A stretch of 64,000 nt of DNA, taken from positions 320,001 through 384,000 of the forward strand of contig CAVUKB010000001.1 of NCBI GenBank assembly GCA_963741955.1. The letters are read 5' to 3'. Position numbers and translations under genes: made by a program. The notes beneath the pieces were generated by a model. The model was given only the letters and a program-made list of their open reading frames with translations, did not search any database and had not been told where the DNA came from. Every line of letters begins with the position of its first letter. The first letter of the stretch is position 1. Positions 1 to 10,004 of this stretch are shown here, in pieces. The DNA is from an uncultured Acidobacteriota bacterium. Its GTDB lineage: Bacteria > Acidobacteriota > Thermoanaerobaculia > Gp7-AA8.

Positions 1-1106
1 TCGCCGTCCGGGCGGATCGAGGCGAGGTCGTCGGAGACGAACGTCCGTTCGCCGAATGTGACCGACTCGGCTTCCGTGGCGCCGACGTATCCGCGGGCGA
101 CCGATCGGCTGGAGATGCCGATCCGCCCTTCCGCTCCGATCGCCACCTGCACTCCGTCGAGCGGCTTTCCGCAACTCCCTCTCTCCACGGCGGCGCCGAC
201 TCGATCGTAGGTGATACCGCCGCACTCGCTGCAGCCGTAGAACGTATGAATCGGTTTGCCGAAGCGCTCACGAAAGCGTCGCGACACCGATGGCAACAGT
301 GGAGCTCCGGCCGAAATGAATGTTCTGACCGTCTCGAACCCTCCATCGCCGGCGGGGAGCTGCGAGAGGAAATCGAACATCATCGGAATGCCGGGGACCA
401 CCGTGCAGCCGAACCGATTACAGAGCTCGACGATCGAGAGGGGGACGTAATCGTTCGAGATCACGACCGCCGTTCCCTGAAGAAGAAGAGGCGTGACCAG
501 ATTCGAAAATCCGTAAGAGTGCGAGAGGGGGATCGCCCCGAGGTTCACGTCCTGGGGATGGATCTCCATCGAGCTGCAGATGTTCCGGCAGTCCGAGATC
601 AGGTTTTCTTCAGAGGTGAGAATCCCGCGCGGGTGTCCGGTCGATCCCGAAGTGAGTTTGAGCAGAGCGACGTCGAAGCGACGTGCGCGGCTGTCGGACC
701 GGAGCTCGAAGAGGGGGAGACTGTCGGGACTCCAGAAGCTCTCCCGGTCGAGCAGCGCGCGGATCGAGAAATCATCGAGAATTCTCGCCACTTCGGATTC
801 CGTCGCATCACGGTCGATCGGCACGAACGTGCATCCGATCCGGAGTGACGCGAGGAAGAGGGCGATCAGATCCGCGGAGTTCGGAAGCTGCACTGCGATC
901 GGATCGCCTCGCCGTAGCCCCCGCGCCTCGAGGTGTCCGGCAAACGCGTCGGCCCGCTCGAGGAGGGTCCCGGCGGTCGTCACTTCACCGGTGTGGCCAT
1001 CGACCACCGCGGTCCGCCCGGGCGAGGCGGTCGCAATGCGGCGGAATCCATCGTAGATTCCGCCGGAGGAGTCGGGGTTCTTTCGTTCATGAAGGGCAAT
1101 GTCCAG
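1..1106 (-). CDS. AMP-binding acyl-CoA/acyl-ACP synthetase (3' end runs off the window; start uncertain, possibly CTG at 1106)
   Basis: Not in the ORF track. Manual minus-strand translation gives LTSGSTGHPRG (adenylation P-loop), FISAGAPL and FYGCSECGG. Confidence 0.85.
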   Translation of the reverse strand, partial: MDIALHERKNPDSSGGIYDGFRRIATASPGRTAVVDGHTGEVTTAGTLLERADAFAGHLEARGLRRGDPIAVQLPNSADLIALFLASLRIGCTFVPIDRDATESEVARILDDFSIRALLDRESFWSPDSLPLFELRSDSRARRFDVALLKLTSGSTGHPRGILTSEENLISDCRNICSSMEIHPQDVNLGAIPLSHSYGFSNLVTPLLLQGTAVVISNDYVPLSIVELCNRFGCTVVPGIPMMFDFLSQLPAGDGGFETVRTFISAGAPLLPSVSRRFRERFGKPIHTFYGCSECGGITYDRVGAAVERGSCGKPLDGVQVAIGAEGRIGISSRSVARGYVGATEAESVTFGERTFVSDDLASIRPDG

Positions 1107-1203
1107 ACTTCAGCGGCAAGAATAGCGGCTGGTGATTTCGATCGTCAACGGAGTCGGAATTAAAGGGCTCCCCTCGTGTTTGGAGCGGACACTCGAAGTC
1201 GGA

Positions 1204-2505
1204 ATGGCCATGCGCGACGTGATCGTGATCGGAGGCGGGCCCGCGGGATCGACCGTGGCCACGCTGCTGGCAGGGAAAGGGCTGTCTGTGACCCTTCTCG
1301 AACGGGAGAAGTTCCCCCGCTTCCAGATCGGCGAATCGCTCCTCCCGTACGCGAATCCGATTCTCGAGCGGCTCGGCGTCGCGGAAGCGCTGGCGCGCGG
1401 GGAGAGCTCGGTGCTGAAGCTCGGCGCGGAGTTCATCACCGCAGACGGCTCGATCGGCTACTCCTTCCTCTTCGGCGAAGATCTGCCGGAGAAATACTCC
1501 TTCACCTACCAGGTCCGTCGCGCCGAATTCGACGCGATGCTCCTCGCACGTGCGGCCGAATCGGGCGTCGACGTGAGGCAGCAGACCCGGGTCACGGACG
1601 TCCGGATCGGCGACGATCGGGTGAGCGTGACTGCGAGCGGCGAAGGAGAAGAGTCCTTCACCGTCGAGGCTCATTTCGTCGTGGACGCGACGGGATACGC
1701 GAGCATCCTCGGGAACCGCCACGGCGGCCGCGTCGACGACCAGGTGCTCAGGAGAGTTGCCGTGTTCGCGCACTATCGAGGAGTGGAGCCGGGTGCCACG
1801 GACGAGCGCGCGGGCAACATCGTAGTGGTCGTGCTGCGCGACGGCTGGCTCTGGATGATTCCGCTCTCCGAAGGAGTGACCAGCGTGGGGCTGGTGCTCG
1901 ACCGCGACTCGTTCAAGGCTGCCGCACGTTCGCCCGAGGAGATTCTCGCCGAGGCCATCGAAGGTGCGCCGTACGTGGCGCGGAGGATGGGCGGGAGCGA
2001 ACGGGTCGGACCGGTGCGCGTCCGTCGCGACTTCTCCTACCGGATGCAGCGGATCGCCGGACCACGCTGGGCCCTGGTCGGAGATGCAGCCGGATTCGTC
2101 GACCCGATCTTCTCCACCGGTGTTTTCACCGCCATGAGGTCGGCGGAGATCGCGGCCGACGCCATCGCGTACCGCCTCGAAACGGGAAGCTTCCGCGCGC
2201 TCGAGCGTTATCAGAGAAGAGTCGGGGCGGTGCTTCGCCGGTACACCCGGTTCATTCGGCATTTCTACGAGAGGGAGTTCATGGAGATCTTCCTGCAGCC
2301 GAGTGAGCGATTCGGGCTCCGGCGTGTCATCATCGGACTTCTGGCCGGCGACGCGTTCGAGCGCCGATCCGGCCGATGGAAACTGGCGCTGTTCTTCGCC
2401 CTCGTGCATCTGCAGCGCCGTAGTGGCAGAATCGCACCATCAATCGAATGGGATACTCTTCCCCCTGCGGTGCGGGGAAACTCTCCGGAGGAACGAATTG
2501 TCTGA
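1204..2505 (+). CDS. FAD-dependent oxidoreductase, flavin-dependent halogenase family
   Basis: IGGGPAGS (GxGxxG), FPRFQIGESLLP, WLWMIP (WxWxIP), GDAAGFVDPIFSTG. Confidence 0.85.
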   Translation: MAMRDVIVIGGGPAGSTVATLLAGKGLSVTLLEREKFPRFQIGESLLPYANPILERLGVAEALARGESSVLKLGAEFITADGSIGYSFLFGEDLPEKYSFTYQVRRAEFDAMLLARAAESGVDVRQQTRVTDVRIGDDRVSVTASGEGEESFTVEAHFVVDATGYASILGNRHGGRVDDQVLRRVAVFAHYRGVEPGATDERAGNIVVVVLRDGWLWMIPLSEGVTSVGLVLDRDSFKAAARSPEEILAEAIEGAPYVARRMGGSERVGPVRVRRDFSYRMQRIAGPRWALVGDAAGFVDPIFSTGVFTAMRSAEIAADAIAYRLETGSFRALERYQRRVGAVLRRYTRFIRHFYEREFMEIFLQPSERFGLRRVIIGLLAGDAFERRSGRWKLALFFALVHLQRRSGRIAPSIEWDTLPPAVRGNSPEERIV

Positions 2506-2785
2506 TCTCACGGAATTGAAGCTGAAGCTGAAACAGTCGTTGATCGAAAGGCTCAGATTCGAAGACATGAGCCCCGAGGACATCGGCGACGATGATCCTC
2601 TCTTCGACGGCGGTCTCGGGCTCGATTCGATCGATGCGCTCGAGATCGTGGTGATGCTCGAAGCCGAATACGGGGTGAAGATCAGGAACGAGTCGTCCGC
2701 GCGACAGTACTTCCGTTCGATCTCCTCCCTCGCAACACTGGTGGACGAGCGGACCCGCGCTCCACGGGTCGAAGAAAGCGCGTGA
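2498..2785 (+). CDS. Acyl carrier protein
   Basis: GLGLDSIDALE phosphopantetheine motif; TTG start overlapping the upstream gene, with GGAGG upstream. Confidence 0.9.
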   Translation: MSDLTELKLKLKQSLIERLRFEDMSPEDIGDDDPLFDGGLGLDSIDALEIVVMLEAEYGVKIRNESSARQYFRSISSLATLVDERTRAPRVEESA

Positions 2786-3180
2786 TCCCGTTCCTCGGAT
2801 TTCTTCCGCATCAGATCCCATTCCGGGCCGTCTCCGCCGCGCATCCCGTCGACGACCGCACCATCCACGGCACCTGCTTCTGTTCCGGAGCCGACGAGTT
2901 GAGTCGGGGAGCCGCTCCGCCGGTGGTGATGCTCGTCGAGGCGATGGCACAGATCGGCGGTGCGCTCGTATTCCGCCGCCCCGGGGAGGCGGGCTACCTC
3001 AGCGCGATCGACGCCTGCGAGATCTCCGTCCCTCCCGATCCGGGAGACCGAATCGAGCTGCAGGTCGTGCTGGAGGCCTCGTTTGGTACCATGTTCCGGT
3101 TCGAAGGGCGGGCTCTCCGCGATGGAACAGAGATCGCCCGTGCGCGGTTTTACCTCGCCGGAACGGAAGAGCGCGACTGA
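2782..3180 (+). CDS. FabA/FabZ-like hotdog dehydratase
   Basis: LPHQIPFR, VEAMAQ and PGDRI motifs; GTGA overlap with the ACP. Confidence 0.8.
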   Translation: MIPFLGFLPHQIPFRAVSAAHPVDDRTIHGTCFCSGADELSRGAAPPVVMLVEAMAQIGGALVFRRPGEAGYLSAIDACEISVPPDPGDRIELQVVLEASFGTMFRFEGRALRDGTEIARARFYLAGTEERD

Positions 3181-3222
3181 CTGGTTTTTCTCTGATTCGC
3201 ACACACTTGCAAGTTTCACCTT

Positions 3223-4452
3223 ATGCGCAGACCGGATTCTCGGATTCGCCTGGCCATCACTGGCGTCGGCATCATCTGCTCGATCGGGCGGAGCCGGGAG
3301 GAGGTCTGGAATTCGATTCTCGCCGGGGCGGACGGGATCCGGCCACTCGCCTCCTTCCCGGACGAGACGTTTCCCACCACCCTGGCCGCCGAAGTCGGAG
3401 GATCCCTGGGCGGCGCGACGCCCGCCAGCCGGCGTGAGCGCCGGCGATTTTCCCGCAGCGATTCGTTGGCCGTCATCGCCGCGATCGAAGCTCTTCAGCA
3501 CGCGCAGTCGAGCGGAGCAGCTCTCGATCTCCAGGAGACCATCGTCTCCACCGGCACATCCACCGGGGGCCTCCTGGAAGGAGAGGATTACTACTTCCGC
3601 CGTCGTGTTCGGGGCCGCCGCCGGACGCCGGCATCGCGCGTGCTCCAGCAGCCGACCTCCGGTCCTTCGGACGCCGTCGCGCGTGTTCTCGGGCTCGGAG
3701 GCGGAGTCTTCTCCAACGCCACCGCATGTGCATCCGGAGGAGCGGCGATCGGTCTCGCCGCCGATCTGATTCGCGCGGGTCAGGCCTCCGTCGCTCTGGC
3801 TGGAGGCACCGACGCGCTCTGCCGCCTCACGTACAGCGGATTCAACGTTCTTCAGGCCGTCGATCAGGGTCCATGCCGTCCCTTCGATGCGTCGCGCGCG
3901 GGCATCACGCTCGGAGAAGGAGCCGCGTATCTGGTGATCGAACGGTGGGACGACGCAATCGGCAGGGGAGCGGAGATCCTCGCAGAGCTCTGCGGCTATG
4001 GCGCATCGTGCGACGCCTGGCATCCCACCGCGCCGGCCGAGGACGGCCGCGGCGCGGCGGCGGCGATGTCGGCTGCGCTCCGTGAGTCTAGCCTGACCGC
4101 CGGTTCCATCGAGTACGTGAATGCACACGGCACCGGGACAGTGCTGAACGACTCCGCCGAGTCGAAAGCGATTCGCTCCACGCTCGGAGGCAGAGTTCCC
4201 GTCTCGTCGACCAAATCCTACTTCGGCCATACCCTCGGGGCTTCCGGGGGCCTCGAAGCGGTGATCACCGTGCTCGCCCTGATGCACCAGGTTGCTCCGC
4301 CGACGCTTCGGCTGGACTGCACTGAAGAGGAGTGCGGTCTCGACTGCATTCCGAACCTCCCCCGGCCGATGACGTTGAATCGGGCGCTGTCGAATACGTT
4401 CGGCTTCGGCGGCAGCAACATCTCGCTGATCTTCAGGAGAGCCGGGGAGTGA
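3223..4452 (+). CDS. Beta-ketoacyl-ACP synthase (FabF-like, catalytically intact)
   Basis: TACASG, NAHGTGT and GHTLGASG give the Cys-His-His triad. Confidence 0.93.
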   Translation: MRRPDSRIRLAITGVGIICSIGRSREEVWNSILAGADGIRPLASFPDETFPTTLAAEVGGSLGGATPASRRERRRFSRSDSLAVIAAIEALQHAQSSGAALDLQETIVSTGTSTGGLLEGEDYYFRRRVRGRRRTPASRVLQQPTSGPSDAVARVLGLGGGVFSNATACASGGAAIGLAADLIRAGQASVALAGGTDALCRLTYSGFNVLQAVDQGPCRPFDASRAGITLGEGAAYLVIERWDDAIGRGAEILAELCGYGASCDAWHPTAPAEDGRGAAAAMSAALRESSLTAGSIEYVNAHGTGTVLNDSAESKAIRSTLGGRVPVSSTKSYFGHTLGASGGLEAVITVLALMHQVAPPTLRLDCTEEECGLDCIPNLPRPMTLNRALSNTFGFGGSNISLIFRRAGE

Positions 4453-5687
4453 TGAGCGAGATCGGTCGGATCGGAATCTACGGGATCGGAGTGATCGGAC
4501 CGCAGGTGTCGGGAATCGAAGCATTTCGCGAACGGATCCGCAGCGGAGTCCCGGCGACGGCTCCGGTGCGCTCGTTCGAAACTGCGGGTCTGTCGGCGTC
4601 GACGGCCGGCCTGGTCACGGACTTTCAGCCGAAGAAGTTCATCGCTCCGATGAAGTTGCGTCGCATGAGCCGCCTCTCGCGACTCGGAGCAGCCGCCGCG
4701 ATCATGGCCGTGCGAGACGGTGGGGTCGATCCGCTTCCCCTTTCCGGTCCCGAGGTCGGCGTGGCGCTCGGCACCGCATTCGGGACGATCCAGGTTTCGG
4801 TCGAGTATCTCGAAGAGTACGTCGAGAAGGGTGCGGCGCTCGCGCCGCCGCAGCTGTTCGCCGAGTCGGTCGCGAATGCCCCCGCCTCGCACATCGCGAT
4901 CGCCGGCGGATACGAAGGATTCAATCTCACCTTCACCCAGAGAGAGTCTTCCGTTCTCACTGCGCTGATGTTCGCGTCCGCTCAGATCGCGAAGGGAGCG
5001 ACACGAGCGGCTCTCGTCGGCGGAGTCGACGAGACCAACGAGATGATCTTCAGTATCCTCGATCGGATCGGAGCTCTCGCTCACTCGAACGGGAGCGACG
5101 AAGAAGCCTCGCGGCCGTTCGACGCCCGCAGAAACGGGATGGTGGTCGGTGAGGGATCATCGGCATTCCTTCTCGCCGGGGAAGGGGCGTTGCCGGATGC
5201 GCGTGAGCCGTACGCGTGGATCTCCGGATTCGGAACGAGCCGGGATGCGAGCGCGAGCCTCTCCGACTGGGGAAACGATCCTGCCGCAGTAGTGCGGTCG
5301 ATGCGTCGCGCGATCGTCGATGCCGAGCTCGAGCCCGGCGACATCGACGGGATCATCGCTTCGGCGAACTCCACGATTCGAGGAGATCGACTCGAGTACC
5401 TCGCAATCCAGCAGCTGTTCGGAAAGGGCGCGCCGCCGGTCGCGGCCCCGAAGTCGTATTTCGGCGAGTACGCATGCGGTGGAGGCGCTACTCTTGCCAC
5501 TGCTCTGGTGGCGCTGCGGGAGCAGGAGCTTCCGGCGACTCCGGGGTTCGAGGTCGCGCCGAGCGATCTCACCATTCCCGTCACGCGCGAATCGACGCGG
5601 CGTGAGATGCGGCATCTTCTGGTGAACTCCCTCTCTGCCGGTGGGGGCGTCGTCTGCGCCGTGATCTCTCGAGGTGTCGATGAGTGA
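4452..5687 (+). CDS. Ketosynthase-like chain-length factor (no catalytic triad)
   Basis: Thiolase-fold motifs (SVANAPA, RPFD, GEG) present, but TQRESS, SANST and FGEY replace the Cys/His/His motifs. Confidence 0.8.
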   Translation: MSEIGRIGIYGIGVIGPQVSGIEAFRERIRSGVPATAPVRSFETAGLSASTAGLVTDFQPKKFIAPMKLRRMSRLSRLGAAAAIMAVRDGGVDPLPLSGPEVGVALGTAFGTIQVSVEYLEEYVEKGAALAPPQLFAESVANAPASHIAIAGGYEGFNLTFTQRESSVLTALMFASAQIAKGATRAALVGGVDETNEMIFSILDRIGALAHSNGSDEEASRPFDARRNGMVVGEGSSAFLLAGEGALPDAREPYAWISGFGTSRDASASLSDWGNDPAAVVRSMRRAIVDAELEPGDIDGIIASANSTIRGDRLEYLAIQQLFGKGAPPVAAPKSYFGEYACGGGATLATALVALREQELPATPGFEVAPSDLTIPVTRESTRREMRHLLVNSLSAGGGVVCAVISRGVDE

Positions 5688-6357
5688 GCGCTTCGCGGTG
5701 GTGATCCCGGCGCTCGATGCGGTGCAGACGGTCGGGGCGATCGTGTCGGATGCACGCAAGGAGGTTCCGCGCGTGATCGTGGTCGACGACGGCTCGACGG
5801 ACGGGACCGGAGATGCGGCACGTGCGGCCGGTGCGGAGGTCGTGAGGCACGAGAGGAATCGGGGCAAAGGCGCTGCGTTGAAGAGTGGCTTCCTGGAGGC
5901 GCTCCAGCAGGGAGTGGATGCGGTGATCACGCTCGATGCCGATGCGCAGCATCTTCCCCGCGAGATCGGCCGGTTCATCGATGCTTATGAAGCGAGCGGC
6001 GCGGATCTGATCATCGGGAGCCGGGCGCACCTGTTCGCCGGAATGGTCGGACGTCGGCGCGCTGCGAACCGTTTTTCCGCCTGGTCGATCTCCCGTGCTT
6101 CGACGGTTCGAGTGCTCGACTCGCAGAGCGGCTTCCGTCTCTACTCTGCCCGTCTCCTCAGGCAGCTCACGATCCGGGCGAATGGATTCGACGCCGAGAG
6201 CGAGGTGATCGTCCGTGCGGGGCGCGCAGGACTCGGGATCCGTGAGATTCCGATCGACCTCGGATTCGTGAACGGTATTGCCACCAGCCACTACAGACCC
6301 GTTCTGGACACGCTGCGGATTGCGTGGACCGTCACGCGGACAGTGGTCGCGGGGTGA
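5680..6357 (+). CDS. GT2 glycosyltransferase (DPM-synthase-like)
   Basis: VVDDGSTDGT, NRGKGAAL, TLDADAQH, DSQSGFR. Confidence 0.9.
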   Translation: MSERFAVVIPALDAVQTVGAIVSDARKEVPRVIVVDDGSTDGTGDAARAAGAEVVRHERNRGKGAALKSGFLEALQQGVDAVITLDADAQHLPREIGRFIDAYEASGADLIIGSRAHLFAGMVGRRRAANRFSAWSISRASTVRVLDSQSGFRLYSARLLRQLTIRANGFDAESEVIVRAGRAGLGIREIPIDLGFVNGIATSHYRPVLDTLRIAWTVTRTVVAG

Positions 6358-6432
6358 GACGCGCTCTGGCGGGCCGCAGGGTGAGTCGGGTTCAGAGGCC
6401 GAGCGGTCCGGAACCCGACGTCCGACTCTGCG

Positions 6433-7095
6433 TCAGACGGCCGCTTCTTCGACCATCCGGTTCTCCTCCACCGGACGCGTCTTGTGCCCACTATTCAGCG
6501 CCGTGACCTGCTGGTAAAGCATCGACTCCCCCCGGCGGAGATAGTCGAAGCTCGAATAGAGTGTCGCCAGCAGACAAAGCTGGAAGAGCACCGGGAGGAG
6601 CAGCAGCGCAATCGGTGCGAGGAACATGTTCGCGGCCACCGCTCCCGAGATTGTGACGACCTGGAGGACGGTGGAGAATTTGCCGGCGATCGAAGGGGGG
6701 AAGCGCCGGATGTTGATGCGCGTGTAGAGGAGATACGCGAACGAGATGATGACGGCGTCGCGGATGAAGATGGTGAACGTGAGCCAGACCGGAACCGTGT
6801 AGCGCACGGCAGGTGAGAACGTGTAGAGCACGTAGCCGGAGAACATCATCACTTTGTCCGCCGCGGGATCGAGAATCGCCCCGAGGCGCGAGCGCTGATT
6901 CAGGCGGCGCGCGATATAGCCGTCGAACGCATCAGTGAACCCGGCCAGGACGAACGTGACGAACGCAGCGGTGAAGGCCTGGGCGAGCGTGGCTGCGACG
7001 AATACCGGGATGAGGAGGATCCGGAGGAGCGTCAGTCCGTTGGGAATGGTGAGCGCGCCATGAAAGGGCGACTCTTCGTGAGGGGAAGGGGTCAT
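6433..7095 (-). CDS. CDP-alcohol phosphatidyltransferase (PgsA/cardiolipin-synthase-like)
   Basis: TIPNGLTLLR and DAFDGYIARRLNQRSRLGAILDPAADK signature. Confidence 0.92.
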   Translation of the reverse strand: MTPSPHEESPFHGALTIPNGLTLLRILLIPVFVAATLAQAFTAAFVTFVLAGFTDAFDGYIARRLNQRSRLGAILDPAADKVMMFSGYVLYTFSPAVRYTVPVWLTFTIFIRDAVIISFAYLLYTRINIRRFPPSIAGKFSTVLQVVTISGAVAANMFLAPIALLLLPVLFQLCLLATLYSSFDYLRRGESMLYQQVTALNSGHKTRPVEENRMVEEAAV

Positions 7096-7100
7096 ACCGG

Positions 7101-7793
7101 TCAGACTGCTTCCTTGAATTGAGCGATCGCCCTCTTCCGAAGATAGACCGTCCGGCCTTCTTCCAGCAGCAGATTCTGCTCCATCCAGTCGTGCATCATT
7201 CTCGAGACAGTCTCCCGCGAGGTGCCGATCATGTTCGCGATGGACTGGTGAGTCGGCCGGGTGACTGCGATGTAGTCACCCTCCATTTCTTTTCCCCCTC
7301 GCTGTGCGAGATCGAGGAAAAAACGGGCGAGACGTCCCTGAACGTCCATGGTTGCAAGAGACTCGATCCGGTCGGAGGCACTTCGCAGACGATGGGAAAG
7401 CTCGGCCAGCACTTTCCGGGTGATCGAAAAATTGTCCTTCACGATGTTCAGAAAATCCGTTCGCCAGATCGTGAGGAGCTCCAGCTCTTCGGTTGCGATG
7501 ACCGTCGCCGATCGCGGCTCGTCATCGAGCAGCGCCATTTCCCCGAAAAATTCTCCGGGGCCGAGCAGCGACAGAATGATCTCTTTCCCCTCGGGGGAGA
7601 TCATGGTGATCTTCACTTTCCCCTTTCGTATGAGGCAGAAGACGTCCCCGATCTCGTCGGCGTAGAAGATCACCTCGTCGCGCTTGTAACGACGGGCTTT
7701 GGCGACCGCGGCGATCGCCTCCAGTTCCGGCGGATCGAGCTCCGCGAAAAGGGAAAACCTCCGGAAAAGCTCCACGTCCATTGCATCAGGCAT
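7101..7793 (-). CDS. CRP/FNR family transcriptional regulator
   Basis: cNMP motif FFGEMALLD..PRSATV; HTH IANMIGTSRETVSR; start placed at MPDAMDVELF. Confidence 0.92.
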   Translation of the reverse strand: MPDAMDVELFRRFSLFAELDPPELEAIAAVAKARRYKRDEVIFYADEIGDVFCLIRKGKVKITMISPEGKEIILSLLGPGEFFGEMALLDDEPRSATVIATEELELLTIWRTDFLNIVKDNFSITRKVLAELSHRLRSASDRIESLATMDVQGRLARFFLDLAQRGGKEMEGDYIAVTRPTHQSIANMIGTSRETVSRMMHDWMEQNLLLEEGRTVYLRKRAIAQFKEAV

Positions 7794-8127
7794 TCTATCA
7801 GGGTTGTCGATCCGGGGTCGCGGGCGGGACGGGCAGCCGTGGCAGGGGACGTTTCCGACGGCAGTCCCCGGTTTCTCACCCGCCTCGGCAGCAGAGGTGA
7901 TGTCTCTCCCTGGGCAGGTGCGGTTCACGAGGCGGGATCCGGACCGAAATCGGGTTGTACGCGATGAGAGGGGCGCAGTGGTTGGACGCGACGCGTGGGT
8001 GATCCTGCCTGCCGGCTCCGCGTGGGCCGAGGGCGACGCCGATTGACTTCGCACCTGCCGAAATCATACGCTGGGCCATCGTTCAATCGGCGAGCGAGGG
8101 ATTCCCTCGGCTCGATTCAGGGCTCAC

Positions 8128-9381
8128 TTGGCCATCAAACGGATCATTCCCGTCTCTTCGGGAAAAGGCGGCGTCGGAAAGACGACCTTCGCCGTCAATT
8201 TCTCGCTCGCGCTCTCCCAGTACGGCAAGACCGTGCTGGTCGACCTCGACACCGGCACTTCGGCGATCCGGCACGCCATCGATGTTCCCATCGACCGCGA
8301 CCTCTATCACTTCTTCCGGAGGAACGAACCTCTTTCCAACTGCATCACGTCGATCGAGAAGCTCGACAAGGACGGCAGATACCGGAACTTCGGATTCGTC
8401 GCGGGACCGCTGCACCTCATCGAGGAGATCACCAATTTCGGGGAGGAGCGGAAGCGGAGCCTGATCGGTGCCATCAACGACCTCGATGCCGACTACGTCG
8501 TACTCGATCTGAAAGCCGGTCTCGATGCGCACGTGATCGATTTCCTCCCCTTCTCGAACTCCGGGATTCTGATTTTCACGCCGCACCTCCCGAGTGCCAC
8601 GCTGGCGGCCTCGGATATCGTCAAGTCGATTCTCTTCCGGAAGATGAGGTTGATCTTCGGAAAGAGCTCGCCCTTCTTCCGCACGGTGGAAGGACGGATC
8701 GACTTCTGGAAGCTGATCAACGATCTGATCGATCGGGTGGAAGACGTCTACGACTCTTCGGTCGAGAATCTCGACGCGTTCGCGCAGGACCTTTTCGATT
8801 CTCTCGGCGACCACCCGATCAGCAGGACGGTACGCTCGACGATCGACAGCTTTCGCGTCTACTACCTCCTCAACCTCTTCAGCGGCGTCGAGGAATCCTA
8901 CGAGACCGCGATCCGTCCGTTTCTGGAGAATCTCACCACCAACGTGTCGGCTCATTGCGGGGTGACGAACCTCGGCTGGATCAGCAGGAGCGAGGTGATT
9001 CACCGCGCGAACTGCAACCGGATCCCCGCGCTTCTCACCCCCGAACGGCTCGAACCGGAGTCGGTGCCCGACCGCTATGCGCAGGAGCTGGAGGATCTCC
9101 GGGTCACCGCAATCGGGCTCGAGCCCGCGCGACCGGAAAAGCGAATGAACCCGCGCCGGGAATCATTTCGGACTCCATCCGGTGACGACCCTCTCTCGAT
9201 ACAGCTCGACGTCCTTCGCTCGATGTTCGAAAAAAAGGAGGACGACGACTTTCGCGCGAACTTCGAATATGCGACGCAGCGCGCGCTCTTCACTATGAAG
9301 ACACGGCGCCCGAGCGAATTCGGAGACCGGAAGATCTACCTGCCGGAGGAGATGCTCGAGGTACTGTTCGAGCGCGCGTGA
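8128..9381 (+). CDS. MinD/FlhG/ParA-family P-loop ATPase
   Basis: Deviant Walker A SGKGGVGKTT, VLVDLD, YVVLDL; TTG start. Confidence 0.85.
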   Translation: MAIKRIIPVSSGKGGVGKTTFAVNFSLALSQYGKTVLVDLDTGTSAIRHAIDVPIDRDLYHFFRRNEPLSNCITSIEKLDKDGRYRNFGFVAGPLHLIEEITNFGEERKRSLIGAINDLDADYVVLDLKAGLDAHVIDFLPFSNSGILIFTPHLPSATLAASDIVKSILFRKMRLIFGKSSPFFRTVEGRIDFWKLINDLIDRVEDVYDSSVENLDAFAQDLFDSLGDHPISRTVRSTIDSFRVYYLLNLFSGVEESYETAIRPFLENLTTNVSAHCGVTNLGWISRSEVIHRANCNRIPALLTPERLEPESVPDRYAQELEDLRVTAIGLEPARPEKRMNPRRESFRTPSGDDPLSIQLDVLRSMFEKKEDDDFRANFEYATQRALFTMKTRRPSEFGDRKIYLPEEMLEVLFERA

Positions 9382-9720
9382 GATGGAGAATGCTCCGGCG
9401 CCCGGGCTAGGATCGAGGTTAACCTGGAGGGAGCTTCCGGTGGCTCGGCAACGCCGATCTGTGCCCTTCACCGGACGATTCATGCAAACCATCTCCGGAC
9501 GGTGATGCCGGAATCCGGCAATGCGCCCGCGGTGACCCGACCGCTCGTCGTGACCGCGTGCGGAATGGCCGGCGTGATGATGCGGTTCTCCAGCTCGCCC
9601 CGCGGGGCATCGTGTCGACCCCGACGGAGAGGTTGACCGGTCGCGACGGAATGCCTACAATCCGCGCGCACGACAGGCGAGCCATTTGCCGGGTCGATGT
9701 TGAACGGAAACAACAGGGAC

Positions 9721-9796
9721 GCCTCCATAGCTCAATTGGTAGAGCAGCGGACTCTTAATCCGTTGGTTCTAGGTTCGAGTCCTAGTGGGGGCACCA
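9721..9796 (+). tRNA. tRNA-Lys (CTT)
   Basis: Acceptor stem GCCTCCA/TGGGGGC; anticodon arm GCGGA-CTCTTAA-TCCGT; T loop TTCGAGT; CCA encoded. Confidence 0.97.
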
Positions 9797-9819
9797 AAAC
9801 CAACTCGACGGTTCGACGA

Positions 9820-9850
9820 CCCTCGGACGCCGTTCCGGGGTTTTTGTTTT
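9820..9850 (+). terminator. Putative intrinsic terminator between the two tRNAs
   Basis: CCTCGGA-CGCCGT-TCCGGGG hairpin followed by TTTTTGTTTT. Confidence 0.6.
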
Positions 9851-9868
9851 GAGGCGGACGCTCGTCGT

Positions 9869-9957
<89 letters not shown>

Positions 9958-10004
9958 CGACAGAGTCTTTGCCGACTCGAAACTCCTGAGACAGGAATGA
10001 TCAG

